The notes: generated by a model not told the origin, from the letters alone. Shown: positions 1-8,900, numbered from the stretch's first letter. The stretch: 61,506 nt of DNA from Bacilli bacterium (GCA_045636225.1 JAZTXB010000029.1:1-61506), one strand, 5' to 3'. Numbers and translations: made by a program.

Positions 1-501
1 ACGGCCTCCAATATTTACCATAGGTTCTACTACTATATAATCTCCAGAGTTAGCTTTAGATTCAAATGAAGAATGTTCTATTAAAGCTTTCAAATTTTTA
101 TAATCATTTTCTGTTAAAATACTATAAAGATTTGGCATACTTTCATCAGTTTTTAACCAATCACTGGGTAGAAACGATGCCTTATAAGTTGTTATTTTAT
201 CCGTATCCTCTTTTGATAACCACTTTATATCAGTACTTTGATGATTCTTTGGATTATTATTAGCAGAAAAAACAGCACTACCTCTTCCTTTACTATTTAA
301 AAAGATTTCTCCATCCTCAACTTCGTTAGAACTATTTATGATACTAACTTTAATTCCAACATATGTGTCTGACCACTCACCACTTCCTGCTATTCCTGAA
401 GTCGTTGAACCTCCTGAGAAATCATAAATATCAGCATTAACTACTAAATTAAAACTAAACATAATAATACATAAAAAAACTACTTTAAATGTTTTTTTCA
501 T
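1..501 (-). CDS. secreted protein, N-terminal portion only (gene runs off the left window edge)
   Basis: Own minus-strand translation: ATG at 501, MKKTFKVVFLCIIMFSFNLVVNADIYDF... (signal-peptide-like). Frame stays open to nt 1. Absent from the ORF track because no stop lies in the window. Confidence 0.45.
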   Translation of the reverse strand, partial: MKKTFKVVFLCIIMFSFNLVVNADIYDFSGGSTTSGIAGSGEWSDTYVGIKVSIINSSNEVEDGEIFLNSKGRGSAVFSANNNPKNHQSTDIKWLSKEDTDKITTYKASFLPSDWLKTDESMPNLYSILTENDYKNLKALIEHSSFESKANSGDYIVVEPMVNIGGR

Positions 502-566
502 AATATCTCACGTACCTTTATCTATATTTTCATTATATAAAAAAATAAAGAAAAAAGCAACACAAT

Positions 567-596
567 AAAGAAAGTTATTAATTAATAACTTTCTTT
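567..596. terminator. palindromic hairpin overlapping the sigma-factor stop codon (bidirectional terminator candidate)
   Basis: AAAGAAAGTTATTA-AT-TAATAACTTTCTTT, 14-bp perfect stem flanked by A/T runs. Confidence 0.45.
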
Positions 597-1171
597 ATTT
601 TTGTTTTTAATCTCTGTATTGCATTATCAATAGATTTTTCATCTTTATCAAGTATTTCTGCTATTTCTTTATATTTAAATCCATTTATCATTAACATAAA
701 AACTTGTTCTTCTAAATCAGTTAATTTATCCTTTATTTTTGATAATAATTTTTCTTCTAATTCTTCACTTATTAAGACTTCTTCAGGGCTTGGTGCACTA
801 TCCTTAATAAATCTCATTATTAAATTTTCATCATCATCATAAGATATTGATTCATTTAATATCTTGTTTTTATTTCTATTTGAAGAAATAACAACACTTA
901 TTATTTTTCTTTCTATACATTTTACAGCATAAGTATAAAAAAGTGTATTTTCCATTTCTCTATACTTATCTATAGCATGATTAAGTCCAATCATACCTTC
1001 TTGAACTAAATCACTTAAATCAAGACCATTATTTTTACAGTAAGGAAGCATTTTTAAAGCTATTTTATTTATTAAAGGTTCATATTTTTTTATTATTATA
1101 TTATTAGCATCTTCATTACCTTGTGCTATATAATTTAATAATTCATAATCATTAAACTCTTTATATTCCAT
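578..1171 (-). CDS. sigH: sigma-70 family sigma factor, SigH-like
   Basis: Region-2-like DLVQEGMIGLNHAIDKY and C-terminal region-4 HTH (YKEIAEILDKDEKSIDNAIQRLK). Sits directly after rlmB as in the Firmicutes mrnC-rlmB-sigH neighbourhood. Confidence 0.7.
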   Translation of the reverse strand: MEYKEFNDYELLNYIAQGNEDANNIIIKKYEPLINKIALKMLPYCKNNGLDLSDLVQEGMIGLNHAIDKYREMENTLFYTYAVKCIERKIISVVISSNRNKNKILNESISYDDDENLIMRFIKDSAPSPEEVLISEELEEKLLSKIKDKLTDLEEQVFMLMINGFKYKEIAEILDKDEKSIDNAIQRLKTKIKKVIN

Positions 1172-1172
1172 A

Positions 1173-1868
1173 TTATCCTCTTTGTTTAACGGCTTCGAAA
1201 ACTATTATTGCAGTAGCTACTGATGCATTTAAACTATTTACTTCACCTTTCATAGGAATACTGGCTATAAAGTCACAGTTTTCCTTTGTAAGTTTAGACA
1301 TGCCAAAACCTTCATTACCACATACTATACATGTTTTTCCCTTATAATCTAATTTTGTATAATCAGTACCATCCATATCTGTACCAAAAATCCAATATCC
1401 TTTTTCCTTTAACAATTTAATAGTACTATTTAAATTTGTAACACGCGCTATTTTCATTTTTTCTGTAGTACCAACACTAGTTTTTATAACAGTTGCATTT
1501 ACCTCAACACTTCTATCACTAGGTATTATTATTCCATCTACACCTGCCGCCTCACAAGACCTTATAATTGCTCCAAAATTATGAGGGTCTTCTATATGAT
1601 CTAACATTACTATTAAACTATCCTCATTACTTATAACATCATATATATCTGCATATTTATAATCTTCAACACTTAAAATTATTCCTTGATGTAGACCACT
1701 TACTTTTTTATCCATATCAAATTTGTTTAAAGTTTGAACTTTTATATTTCTTCTTTTAATTTTATTTATAATATCAAATTCATCAAAATTATTTTGTATA
1801 AAAGCCTTTTCTATTTTCTTATTACCATCTAAATATTCTAAAACTACATTTTTTCCATATACAAGCAT
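1173..1868 (-). CDS. rlmB: TrmH/SpoU-family 23S rRNA 2'-O-ribose methyltransferase (RlmB-like)
   Basis: SpoU motifs (LDHIEDPHNFGAIIRS, CIVCGNEGFGMS, IPMKGEVNSLNASVA); conserved context. Confidence 0.85.
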   Translation of the reverse strand: MLVYGKNVVLEYLDGNKKIEKAFIQNNFDEFDIINKIKRRNIKVQTLNKFDMDKKVSGLHQGIILSVEDYKYADIYDVISNEDSLIVMLDHIEDPHNFGAIIRSCEAAGVDGIIIPSDRSVEVNATVIKTSVGTTEKMKIARVTNLNSTIKLLKEKGYWIFGTDMDGTDYTKLDYKGKTCIVCGNEGFGMSKLTKENCDFIASIPMKGEVNSLNASVATAIIVFEAVKQRG

Positions 1869-2006
1869 AATTACCTCCTATTTGATTTCCCTATTAAATT
1901 ATAACACCTATTTAGTTTTTTATAAAGAAATTAATGGTATTTTTTTAAATTTGACAAAATAAAAAAGGTGTGTTAAAGTATTTCCCATAAAAAGAGAGGG
2001 AAAATT

Positions 2007-2450
2007 ATGTCAAATTTAAAATTAAACAATTCATTATCAAATCGTTTAAATAAAAATAAAATAAAATTATATGCTTTAGCTATGGCTGGTGTTATGATGG
2101 TTTCTCTTACAGCTTGTAATTCTAATAAAACCACAAAAAATGAAACAAAGCCTTCTGCTACAATAGTTATGGATGATGAAAAATTATTACAACAAATCAA
2201 ATCTAGTGTAGAAACAAATTTTGATAAAATTGAGGTTACTAAAGATTCTGAAAATAATTGTTATATTATTATAGAAGATAATTATATGGAAATTCCACTT
2301 TATAATACAGATGATGAAGGTCAATTAGTTATATGTGGAAAACAAAATAAATTTCTGGGTACCGTAGAATATAACATATCTTTTAAAGATGCTTCTTCAT
2401 TAGGAATAACTGAATTATTAGAAGAAAAAATAAATATAAAAACAAAATAA
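2007..2450 (+). CDS. lipoprotein of unknown function
   Basis: Lipobox-type signal peptide (LAMAGVMMVSLTAC-NS), SD-like GAGAGGGAAAA before the ATG, terminator immediately downstream. Confidence 0.65.
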   Translation: MSNLKLNNSLSNRLNKNKIKLYALAMAGVMMVSLTACNSNKTTKNETKPSATIVMDDEKLLQQIKSSVETNFDKIEVTKDSENNCYIIIEDNYMEIPLYNTDDEGQLVICGKQNKFLGTVEYNISFKDASSLGITELLEEKINIKTK

Positions 2451-2480
2451 GAATTGATTTTATGTCAATTCTTTTTATTT
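2451..2480 (+). terminator. rho-independent terminator
   Basis: GAATTGA-ttttatg-TCAATTC followed by TTTTTATTT. Confidence 0.75.
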
Positions 2481-2836
2481 GTAATATAACTAATCAATTC
2501 TTCTACTCTACTTATTTTATTATCTAAATAAAGATATCCTATTAAAGCTTCAAATCCAGTAGACCAATTATATGTGATAATATCACAGTTTTTAGGTTTA
2601 TGATTACTTTTATGATTCCTAGCACACTTAACAATATTAATCTCACTTTCGCTTAATATATTGTTATCTATTAATTCTTTTAAATAACTAGCCTGACTTT
2701 TTGCGCTAACATATTTTATAGATTCACTTTGTAATTCTTTTACTTTAGAAAATCCTTTTTCAACTAAATATTTTCTAATATAAAATTCATAAATACTATC
2801 GCCTAAATAAGCAAGAACTAACATATTTTTATTCAT
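2465..2836 (-). CDS. mrnC: Mini-ribonuclease III
   Basis: N-terminal LAYLGDSIYEFYIRKYL signature, ~120 aa, conserved neighbourhood. Confidence 0.85.
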   Translation of the reverse strand: MNKNMLVLAYLGDSIYEFYIRKYLVEKGFSKVKELQSESIKYVSAKSQASYLKELIDNNILSESEINIVKCARNHKSNHKPKNCDIITYNWSTGFEALIGYLYLDNKISRVEELISYITNKKN

Positions 2837-3212
2837 CTATATACTCCTTCAAAACTTTAATATCATTACTATCTTTTTTTCTATTTAAACTCTTTTTTAA
2901 CTCTAATATTTTTTGTGGAGGTTGAATAGGAATATTTTCTATAATAGTTTTTTTATCTTCATAATAAGTAGTACAAAAATTAATTATATTATCTATTAAA
3001 TAACATTTTTTATTATATTCATTTACTCTTTCAAATACACAATCATAGTTTTTTAGTAAAAAATTATAATAAGTTTCTGTAACAGCTATATCTATATCAC
3101 TAGTACTTTCTTTAAGTCCTAAAATAACCATAGCAGCACTAGATATAACTAAATATTGTTTAGTGTCAAAATTATATTTTTGTAAACAATCTAATATCTC
3201 CTTTTTATTCAT
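2829..3212 (-). CDS. small nucleotidyltransferase-fold protein
   Basis: SSAAMVILGL..STSDIDIAV pattern typical of minimal NTase-fold proteins; overlaps both neighbours by 8 nt (operon). Confidence 0.45.
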   Translation of the reverse strand: MNKKEILDCLQKYNFDTKQYLVISSAAMVILGLKESTSDIDIAVTETYYNFLLKNYDCVFERVNEYNKKCYLIDNIINFCTTYYEDKKTIIENIPIQPPQKILELKKSLNRKKDSNDIKVLKEYIDE

Positions 3213-4089
3213 ACCTATCGAAAGTAATTCCTTTTATTACTCCATTTTTAATATCATTCATAACCACACTATAAACTTTATCATAATCAACTATTCCACC
3301 ACGTACTAAACAACCTCTTTTTCTTCCAATTGCTTCTAATGTAGTTTCAATATCTTCATTATCTACTTTATCTACGCCATATCTTTCTTTTAAAATATTA
3401 TTATAATATTTATCAAGGACATTTAATATGTGTATAACCACTCTATCAATAGGAAGAATCTCTTCTTTTATTGCTGTTAAACTAGCTAAGTTTAGAGCAA
3501 CATTTGCTTCATCAAGTTTAGGCCAAAGTATTCCAGGAGAATCAAGTAACTCTATATCATTATTTACTCTTATCCAACTTAAATTCTTAGTAACTCCAGG
3601 CATATTACCTACATTAGCTACTTTTTTACCAACTAATCTATTTATTAAAGTGCTTTTTCCTACATTTGGTATTCCAACAACAAGTACCCTTGTTTTTCTC
3701 TTAGACATACCTTTTTCTATTCTTTTATCATTTTCTTCTTTCATTACTTCATTAGTTAAATTAATTAAATTATTTAAATTAGTATTTTTTTCTAAATTAA
3801 CACATAATACTTTATATCCAAAATTTTCATAATGTTTAATCCATTTTTTTGTTTCTTCTATATCACATAAATCATACTTTGTCATAATAAGTATTCTTTT
3901 TTTATCTTTAATAAATTGTTCTATATCTTTTATCTTTGATGCATATGGCATTCTAGCATCTATTACTTCATATACTACATCAATTAAATTTAAATTCTCA
4001 CTTATCAATCTTTTAGTTTTTGCCATATGACCCGGATACCAGTTAATTCCGACTTTAGAAAAACTTTTTTCCTCATTTATTTTATCCAT
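3205..4089 (-). CDS. rbgA: ribosome biogenesis GTPase A (YlqF/RbgA, circularly permuted GTPase)
   Basis: INWYPGHMAKTKR start, permuted G motifs (MTKYDL ... GIPNVGKST ... LLDSPG). Confidence 0.9.
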   Translation of the reverse strand: MDKINEEKSFSKVGINWYPGHMAKTKRLISENLNLIDVVYEVIDARMPYASKIKDIEQFIKDKKRILIMTKYDLCDIEETKKWIKHYENFGYKVLCVNLEKNTNLNNLINLTNEVMKEENDKRIEKGMSKRKTRVLVVGIPNVGKSTLINRLVGKKVANVGNMPGVTKNLSWIRVNNDIELLDSPGILWPKLDEANVALNLASLTAIKEEILPIDRVVIHILNVLDKYYNNILKERYGVDKVDNEDIETTLEAIGRKRGCLVRGGIVDYDKVYSVVMNDIKNGVIKGITFDRYE

Positions 4090-4130
4090 AAAAAAACTTC
4101 CTTTCTGGTTTTAATTTGTTTTTTTCTTGC

Positions 4131-5750
4131 TTAAGTTGCGTTTTCACTTAATGGCATTATACCACATTTATTACGATTTATAAAGTCCAGTGCCTCAAAA
4201 TATTTATCTTCACATTTAAAAATAACTCTTATATTTTTTTCTTCATCTATTACAATATCCTCAATTAATTCATCTATAAGGATTTTATTTAATTCTTTAA
4301 TTTCATTAAGTTTTTTTATTTCTTCCATCCATTTTGTATTATTATTTGAATTATTGTTGTTTGTATTTAGTTTTTCTTCAAGTTTGTTTTTCTCTACTTT
4401 TAATTCATTAATGCTTTTACTATATTCTGATGAATATTCCCAGTAATCTTCTTCAGAAATAATATTTTCCTTTAAATCATCTTTTAAATTTCTTTTTAAC
4501 ATAATTAAATCGTTTATTCTTATATTTATATTATCTATTTTTGTTTTTATTATTTCTAAATCATAATCTATTTCTGTTTGGTTTAATATTTTAGAAATAT
4601 TTACATCCAAATCTTTTATAAGCAATCTAAAATTGTTCATTACATTTATAACGTTTTCTTCTAAATCCTTTTTTCTATATGAATGAGCAGAGCAATTTTT
4701 ATGTTTTAAATACGAACTGCAGTAATAATATTCATAACCTTTTGATTTCCTTATTACCAAATTATTTTCACATTCATTACACCTTAAATGCCCTGCAAAT
4801 ACATCATACTCATTATTTTTATTAACTCTAATACCTCTTTCATATAATATTTCTTGTACTTTTTCAAAATCTTGTTTCGAAATAATAGGTTTATGATGAT
4901 TAGGTACAATTACCCAATTATCTGATTGAACTCGCATTGCTTTATGAATTTTATGACTTATTTTCTTCCTTACACCTTGAACTAAATCACCAGTATAACT
5001 TCTATTCTTTAAAATATCATCTAATTTTTTTGTGTCCCATTTTTTTATAGACTCATTAACTTCACATTTAAAATTGGCTTTTTCTATCTTGTGAACTCTT
5101 GGTGTAGCTATATTTAATGAATTCAACTCATTAACTACATCTTTTTTACTTTTACCAGATAAAATCATATTAAATATTTTTTTTATAACTTTCTCTGCCT
5201 CTTTATCAACTATAAACTTATGTTTATCATTTGGATTTCTAATATACCCATAAGGAGCAAACGAACCTATAAATTGACCTTTTTCTTTCTTGTTGTCTAA
5301 TACGCTTCTTACTTTGTTTGATATATCTCTAGCATACTCATCATTCATTAAGTTTTTTACTGGAACAATAACATCACTAACTGACTTTGGGTCTTTATAG
5401 CTATCTATATTATCGTTTACAGCAATAAATCTTATATTATATAAAGGAAAGATTTGCTCTATATAATTTCCTACTTCTATATAATTTCTTCCAAGTCTTG
5501 ATAAATCCTTTACAATTATACAATTTACTTTTCCATTTTTTAAATCACATAACATTCTTTGAAAATCCGGTCTATCAAAATTCGTACCAGAATATCCGTC
5601 ATCAGTATAATAAAAAATATCTTTCATATCATTATTCTTCTTTATAAAATCTCTAATTAAACTCTTTTGATTAGCAATACTATTTGATTCTGCTTTATCG
5701 CCATCTTCTGAAGATAATCTTAAATATACTGCTACATTCCATTTTTTCAT
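4131..5750 (-). CDS. large serine recombinase
   Basis: Resolvase catalytic N-domain (VAVYLRLSSEDGD...SNSIANQK), recombinase domain, Cys-rich zinc-ribbon region (CNECENN...YYCSSY..KNC), coiled-coil tail. Confidence 0.9.
   Translation of the reverse strand: MKKWNVAVYLRLSSEDGDKAESNSIANQKSLIRDFIKKNNDMKDIFYYTDDGYSGTNFDRPDFQRMLCDLKNGKVNCIIVKDLSRLGRNYIEVGNYIEQIFPLYNIRFIAVNDNIDSYKDPKSVSDVIVPVKNLMNDEYARDISNKVRSVLDNKKEKGQFIGSFAPYGYIRNPNDKHKFIVDKEAEKVIKKIFNMILSGKSKKDVVNELNSLNIATPRVHKIEKANFKCEVNESIKKWDTKKLDDILKNRSYTGDLVQGVRKKISHKIHKAMRVQSDNWVIVPNHHKPIISKQDFEKVQEILYERGIRVNKNNEYDVFAGHLRCNECENNLVIRKSKGYEYYYCSSYLKHKNCSAHSYRKKDLEENVINVMNNFRLLIKDLDVNISKILNQTEIDYDLEIIKTKIDNINIRINDLIMLKRNLKDDLKENIISEEDYWEYSSEYSKSINELKVEKNKLEEKLNTNNNNSNNNTKWMEEIKKLNEIKELNKILIDELIEDIVIDEEKNIRVIFKCEDKYFEALDFINRNKCGIMPLSENAT
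5305..5507. repeat. ~203-bp patch nearly identical to 6921..7123 (direct repeat between the two recombinase genes)
   Basis: Aligned by eye without gaps; includes a perfectly identical run of about 86 nt (attatcgtttacagcaataaatctta...tttcttccaa). Confidence 0.85.
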
Positions 5751-7399
5751 ATTGCTACCTCCATTTCATTTTTTATACTACTCAACACTCTTTCATACTC
5801 ATCTTGATATTTAAATCTAATTGATAAATCTCCACCCTCATGAACATAAATACAGTCAATTAAATCTTCTATAATTTCTCTTGATAAATTTTTTACTTTT
5901 TTATTCCTTCTAAAGTGTTCTATCCAATATTCTTCTTCCTTAATATCTCTTAAACTACTTTCAAGTTTTTCCTTATATATAATTATTTCATTTTTTTTAT
6001 TTTCAATTGTTTTTTCATAATCTTGAGAATAATCTAAAAACTCATCTTTGGATATTCTTCCTAGTTTCCAATCTTCATAAGAAGATTTTTTTAATCTTTT
6101 TAATTTTTCTATATCATTATTTAAATTTAAAATGTTTTTCTCGTATAATGATTTATTACATAAATTTGAACTTTCTTTTATTTTCTTAATTGTTTTTTCT
6201 ATATTTAAAACTGATTTTATTTGCATAATTATACTGTCAATTACCATTTTATCTAAATCGCTAGTTTTAATTTTATGAGGGGTACATTTTCCTGATGTGG
6301 TTTTATAATTCCTACAATAGAAATTTGACGAATTTCTACCCTCTCTTGTATCTTCCATCTTACACATACTTCTTCCACAATCAGCACATTTAATTTTATA
6401 TTTATATATTGTTAATTTCTCTGGCTTTTTCTTTTTATGATTTCTGTTTTTAATTATTTCTTGTATTTTATTAAAATCTTCTTCTTTTATTATTCCTTGA
6501 TGAGTTCCTTTAACAATTACCCATTCACTTTTTGGTCTATATATTTGTCTATGATCCTTGTAACTTATAGAACCAGTTCTATTCCATACAAGATTTCCAA
6601 TATATATTTCACTTGTAACCATTTTACCGATTGTAGATGTACTCCAATGATAAACTATTTCATCATCTTCAGCATTTAAACTGATTTTATATTTTTTTCT
6701 GCGTTGAACTTCTTTCCTACACAAAATACCATTATCATTTAGAAATTTAGCGATTTTTATATGACCATCTCCATCAACTGCCATTTTGAATATTTTTCTA
6801 ACAACAGGTGCTTCTTCTTCATCTATTATAAGTTGATGTATGTTTTCTGGATTCTTTTTATATCCGTAAGGACAAGTACCACCTACCCATTCTCCATTTA
6901 AAGATTTTGTCATAAGTACACTTCTTACTTTCTTTGATATATCTCTAGCATACTCATCATTCATTAAGTTTTTAAATGGGACTATAACATTATTTACAGA
7001 CTTTGGGTCTTTATAGCTATCCACATTATCGTTTACAGCAATAAATCTTATATTATATAAAGGAAAGATTTGCTCTATATAATTTCCTACTTCTATATAA
7101 TTTCTTCCAAATCTTGATAAATCTTTTACTATTACAGTATTTATATCGCCATTTACAAGAGCGTTAAACATTCTTTTAAACTCTGGTCTATTGAAAGTAG
7201 TACCAGAATATCCATCATCAGCATAATAATCCACTATTTCAATATTTTCTTCTTTTTTTAAATAGTAATTTATTATTTCTTTTTGATTAGCAATACTATC
7301 AGATTCTGCATTATCGCCATCTTCTGAAGATAATCTACAATATATTGCTACTTTCCAAATATTTTTTTCAATATGAACTTTTTTCTTTTTTCGAGGCAT
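5747..7399 (-). CDS. large serine recombinase (second, tandem copy)
   Basis: Same architecture as 4131..5750 (VAIYCRLSSEDGD..SDSIANQK; CADCGRSM...FYCRNY..GKC); its stop overlaps the next gene's start by 4 nt. Confidence 0.9.
   Translation of the reverse strand: MPRKKKKVHIEKNIWKVAIYCRLSSEDGDNAESDSIANQKEIINYYLKKEENIEIVDYYADDGYSGTTFNRPEFKRMFNALVNGDINTVIVKDLSRFGRNYIEVGNYIEQIFPLYNIRFIAVNDNVDSYKDPKSVNNVIVPFKNLMNDEYARDISKKVRSVLMTKSLNGEWVGGTCPYGYKKNPENIHQLIIDEEEAPVVRKIFKMAVDGDGHIKIAKFLNDNGILCRKEVQRRKKYKISLNAEDDEIVYHWSTSTIGKMVTSEIYIGNLVWNRTGSISYKDHRQIYRPKSEWVIVKGTHQGIIKEEDFNKIQEIIKNRNHKKKKPEKLTIYKYKIKCADCGRSMCKMEDTREGRNSSNFYCRNYKTTSGKCTPHKIKTSDLDKMVIDSIIMQIKSVLNIEKTIKKIKESSNLCNKSLYEKNILNLNNDIEKLKRLKKSSYEDWKLGRISKDEFLDYSQDYEKTIENKKNEIIIYKEKLESSLRDIKEEEYWIEHFRRNKKVKNLSREIIEDLIDCIYVHEGGDLSIRFKYQDEYERVLSSIKNEMEVAI
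6921..7123. repeat. partner of the 5305..5507 repeat
   Basis: See 5305..5507. Confidence 0.85.
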
Positions 7400-7461
7400 T
7401 ATATAACACCTCCGTTTGCTGTACTTAAATATACAGTTGTTTTGTAGTTTTTAAATTTCAT
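7399..7461 (-). CDS. possible 20-codon leader ORF translationally coupled to the recombinase gene
   Basis: GGGAGATGATTTTT-ATG; MKFKNYKTTVYLSTANGGVI-stop; its TAA overlaps the recombinase ATG (TAATG). Confidence 0.25.
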   Translation of the reverse strand: MKFKNYKTTVYLSTANGGVI

Positions 7462-7551
7462 AAAAATCATCTCCCTTTCAAATTTCAATTAAATTTTATA
7501 AGGAAGATAACTTATTTGCATTGGTGCGATTTTCTCAATCGCACACTTGAC

Positions 7552-7818
7552 TTATTTATAAATTTTTTGAACTACATTAGTAAGACTTTCTTCTGCTTTT
7601 ATTTCTGTATTCGCATACTCAATTTTAATTTTTTTACCATTACATTTAAACATATATGGATTTTTAGAAGATTTAATGAAGTCAATTATTTTTTCTCTAC
7701 AATCTGTCTTTTTACTAAAATTAATATTACTTATTTCTTCCAAATCTTCTAAATCTACATCTTCAAAAGAAATGTCCCTACATCTAATTAACTTTTCTTT
7801 CAATAATTCATAACTCAT
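7552..7818 (-). CDS. small ICE protein of unknown function (88 aa)
   Basis: ORF-track 7552..7833. GGGGAG SD favours the ATG at 7818 (MSYELLKEK...), which overlaps the upstream stop as TAATG. Confidence 0.6.
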   Translation of the reverse strand: MSYELLKEKLIRCRDISFEDVDLEDLEEISNINFSKKTDCREKIIDFIKSSKNPYMFKCNGKKIKIEYANTEIKAEESLTNVVQKIYK

Positions 7819-8012
7819 TATTCTCCCCACCATCTCTTTCTTCTTGCTTTTAACTTAAAACCATCTTTAACATAAAAATAAAAGCAATCACACCCAACTA
7901 AAACATTATTAGTTATTTGCATTGCTTCTTTTTTGTTTATAGCTAAAACTTTTACTTTATCTTTGTGTTTCTTCGTTGTAATAGTTACTATATACTCTTT
8001 GTTTTTTCTCAT
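7818..8012 (-). CDS. small protein (64 aa), unknown
   Basis: Strong SD (GGGAGGAAATT-ATG); overlaps the 3' end of the PemK-like gene by 56 nt. Confidence 0.5.
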   Translation of the reverse strand: MRKNKEYIVTITTKKHKDKVKVLAINKKEAMQITNNVLVGCDCFYFYVKDGFKLKARRKRWWGE

Positions 8013-8400
8013 AATTTCCTCCCACTCCTAAATTTTTTAAATATAACAGAACATCTATATTTTCACTTTCAATTAATCCAGAATTAATTTTATTTAAAGT
8101 ATCGTCTGATACTTTACCTTTATAAGCTAATAATCTAGATTTATCTATTGTTCTTATTTGTTCCAACAAAATGATTGAATCATACTTTAAAAATCTGTTC
8201 TTATTTACTAAAACATGAGTAGGCAATGTTTCCTTTTTAATAATTTTAGTAAACGGTGCAATCAAAACTGTTGGATTATATTTATTAAGTAAATCATTAG
8301 AAAGAATTACCACCGGTCTTCTTCCATTTTGTTCACTTCCTATAGTAGGATTTAAATCTGCAATAAAAACACTTCCTTTTTTTATTCTATCTTCTTCCAT
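7957..8400 (-). CDS. PemK/MazF-family endoribonuclease toxin with a ~30-aa C-terminal extension
   Basis: KKGSVFIADLNPTIGSEQNGRRPVVILSNDLLN...LIAPFT is the classic PemK/MazF N-terminal signature. ATG at 8400 is preferred over the TTG at 8442 used by the track. Confidence 0.75.
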   Translation of the reverse strand: MEEDRIKKGSVFIADLNPTIGSEQNGRRPVVILSNDLLNKYNPTVLIAPFTKIIKKETLPTHVLVNKNRFLKYDSIILLEQIRTIDKSRLLAYKGKVSDDTLNKINSGLIESENIDVLLYLKNLGVGGNYEKKQRVYSNYYNEETQR

Positions 8401-8590
8401 TTTCAATAATTGCCTTACAAATAACTTGTGGTGGGTTTTCAAATACTTTCTTTAATTCTTCATCTTTATTTAAAATATCAGTATATACTCTAATAACATC
8501 TTCAGCTGCTTTTCTTGCACTTGTTTGTGAGTGAAGCATTGATGTTTCAAATTTAAATTTTATTGTTACTCTATAACTTTTTCTTTTCAT
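8387..8590 (-). CDS. small protein upstream of the toxin (candidate antitoxin, 67 aa)
   Basis: AAGGAGGAAATTT-ATG at 8590 (the track start at 8710 is implausible); overlaps the toxin start by 14 nt; no recognisable MazE/AbrB motif. Confidence 0.5.
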   Translation of the reverse strand: MKRKSYRVTIKFKFETSMLHSQTSARKAAEDVIRVYTDILNKDEELKKVFENPPQVICKAIIENGRR

Positions 8591-8599
8591 AAATTTCCT

Positions 8600-8900
8600 C
8601 CTTAAATATGTAGAAAACCAAAGCATAAAAATACTTTGGTTTATATATTTTTTATTTGATTTTGTTTGACTGATATTTTTCCTCGAACCCCTCAGCCTGG
8701 AAATCATCAAACGATTAATTTGCTAAATTAATCTCACGGAAATTTCATCCCCCTGAGGATCTCTCAGAACTGCACCCATTGCTTTAGTCTGTGGCTATGC
8801 AGGAGTATCTTTAATACTATTATTGGTCATTGCAAATTAGGTGCTACCTAATTTTATAGTCAAGCATTTATCGACAAGCGTACTTACTAACGTGCTTACA
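8600..8900 (-). ncRNA. GC-enriched structured leader / candidate cis-regulatory RNA upstream of the PemK operon
   Basis: Long-range helix CCTCAG(8690-8695)/CTGAGG(8753-8758) encloses a perfect 9-bp hairpin (8713-8733). A second hairpin lies at 8837-8851. Both have AGC triloops on the minus strand. A further helix is CTGCA/TGCAG (8770-8802). No credible ORF. Confidence 0.35.

Noticed and set aside
1861-1900. Fourth copy of the TCTATTTCCCC/TATTTTGATAGT box upstream of rlmB/lipoprotein genes (CCTATTTGATTTCCCTATTAAATTATAAC)
   Set aside because: The similarity is limited to generic promoter-like AT-rich words plus TTCCC, and it lies outside the ICE. It is judged coincidental.
8676-8700. tRNA-like T-loop (GGGGTTCGAGG on the minus strand)
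   Set aside because: No complementary T-stem, acceptor stem or anticodon arm can be drawn around it. I treated it as part of the structured leader instead. No tRNA or rRNA genes were recognised anywhere in the window.
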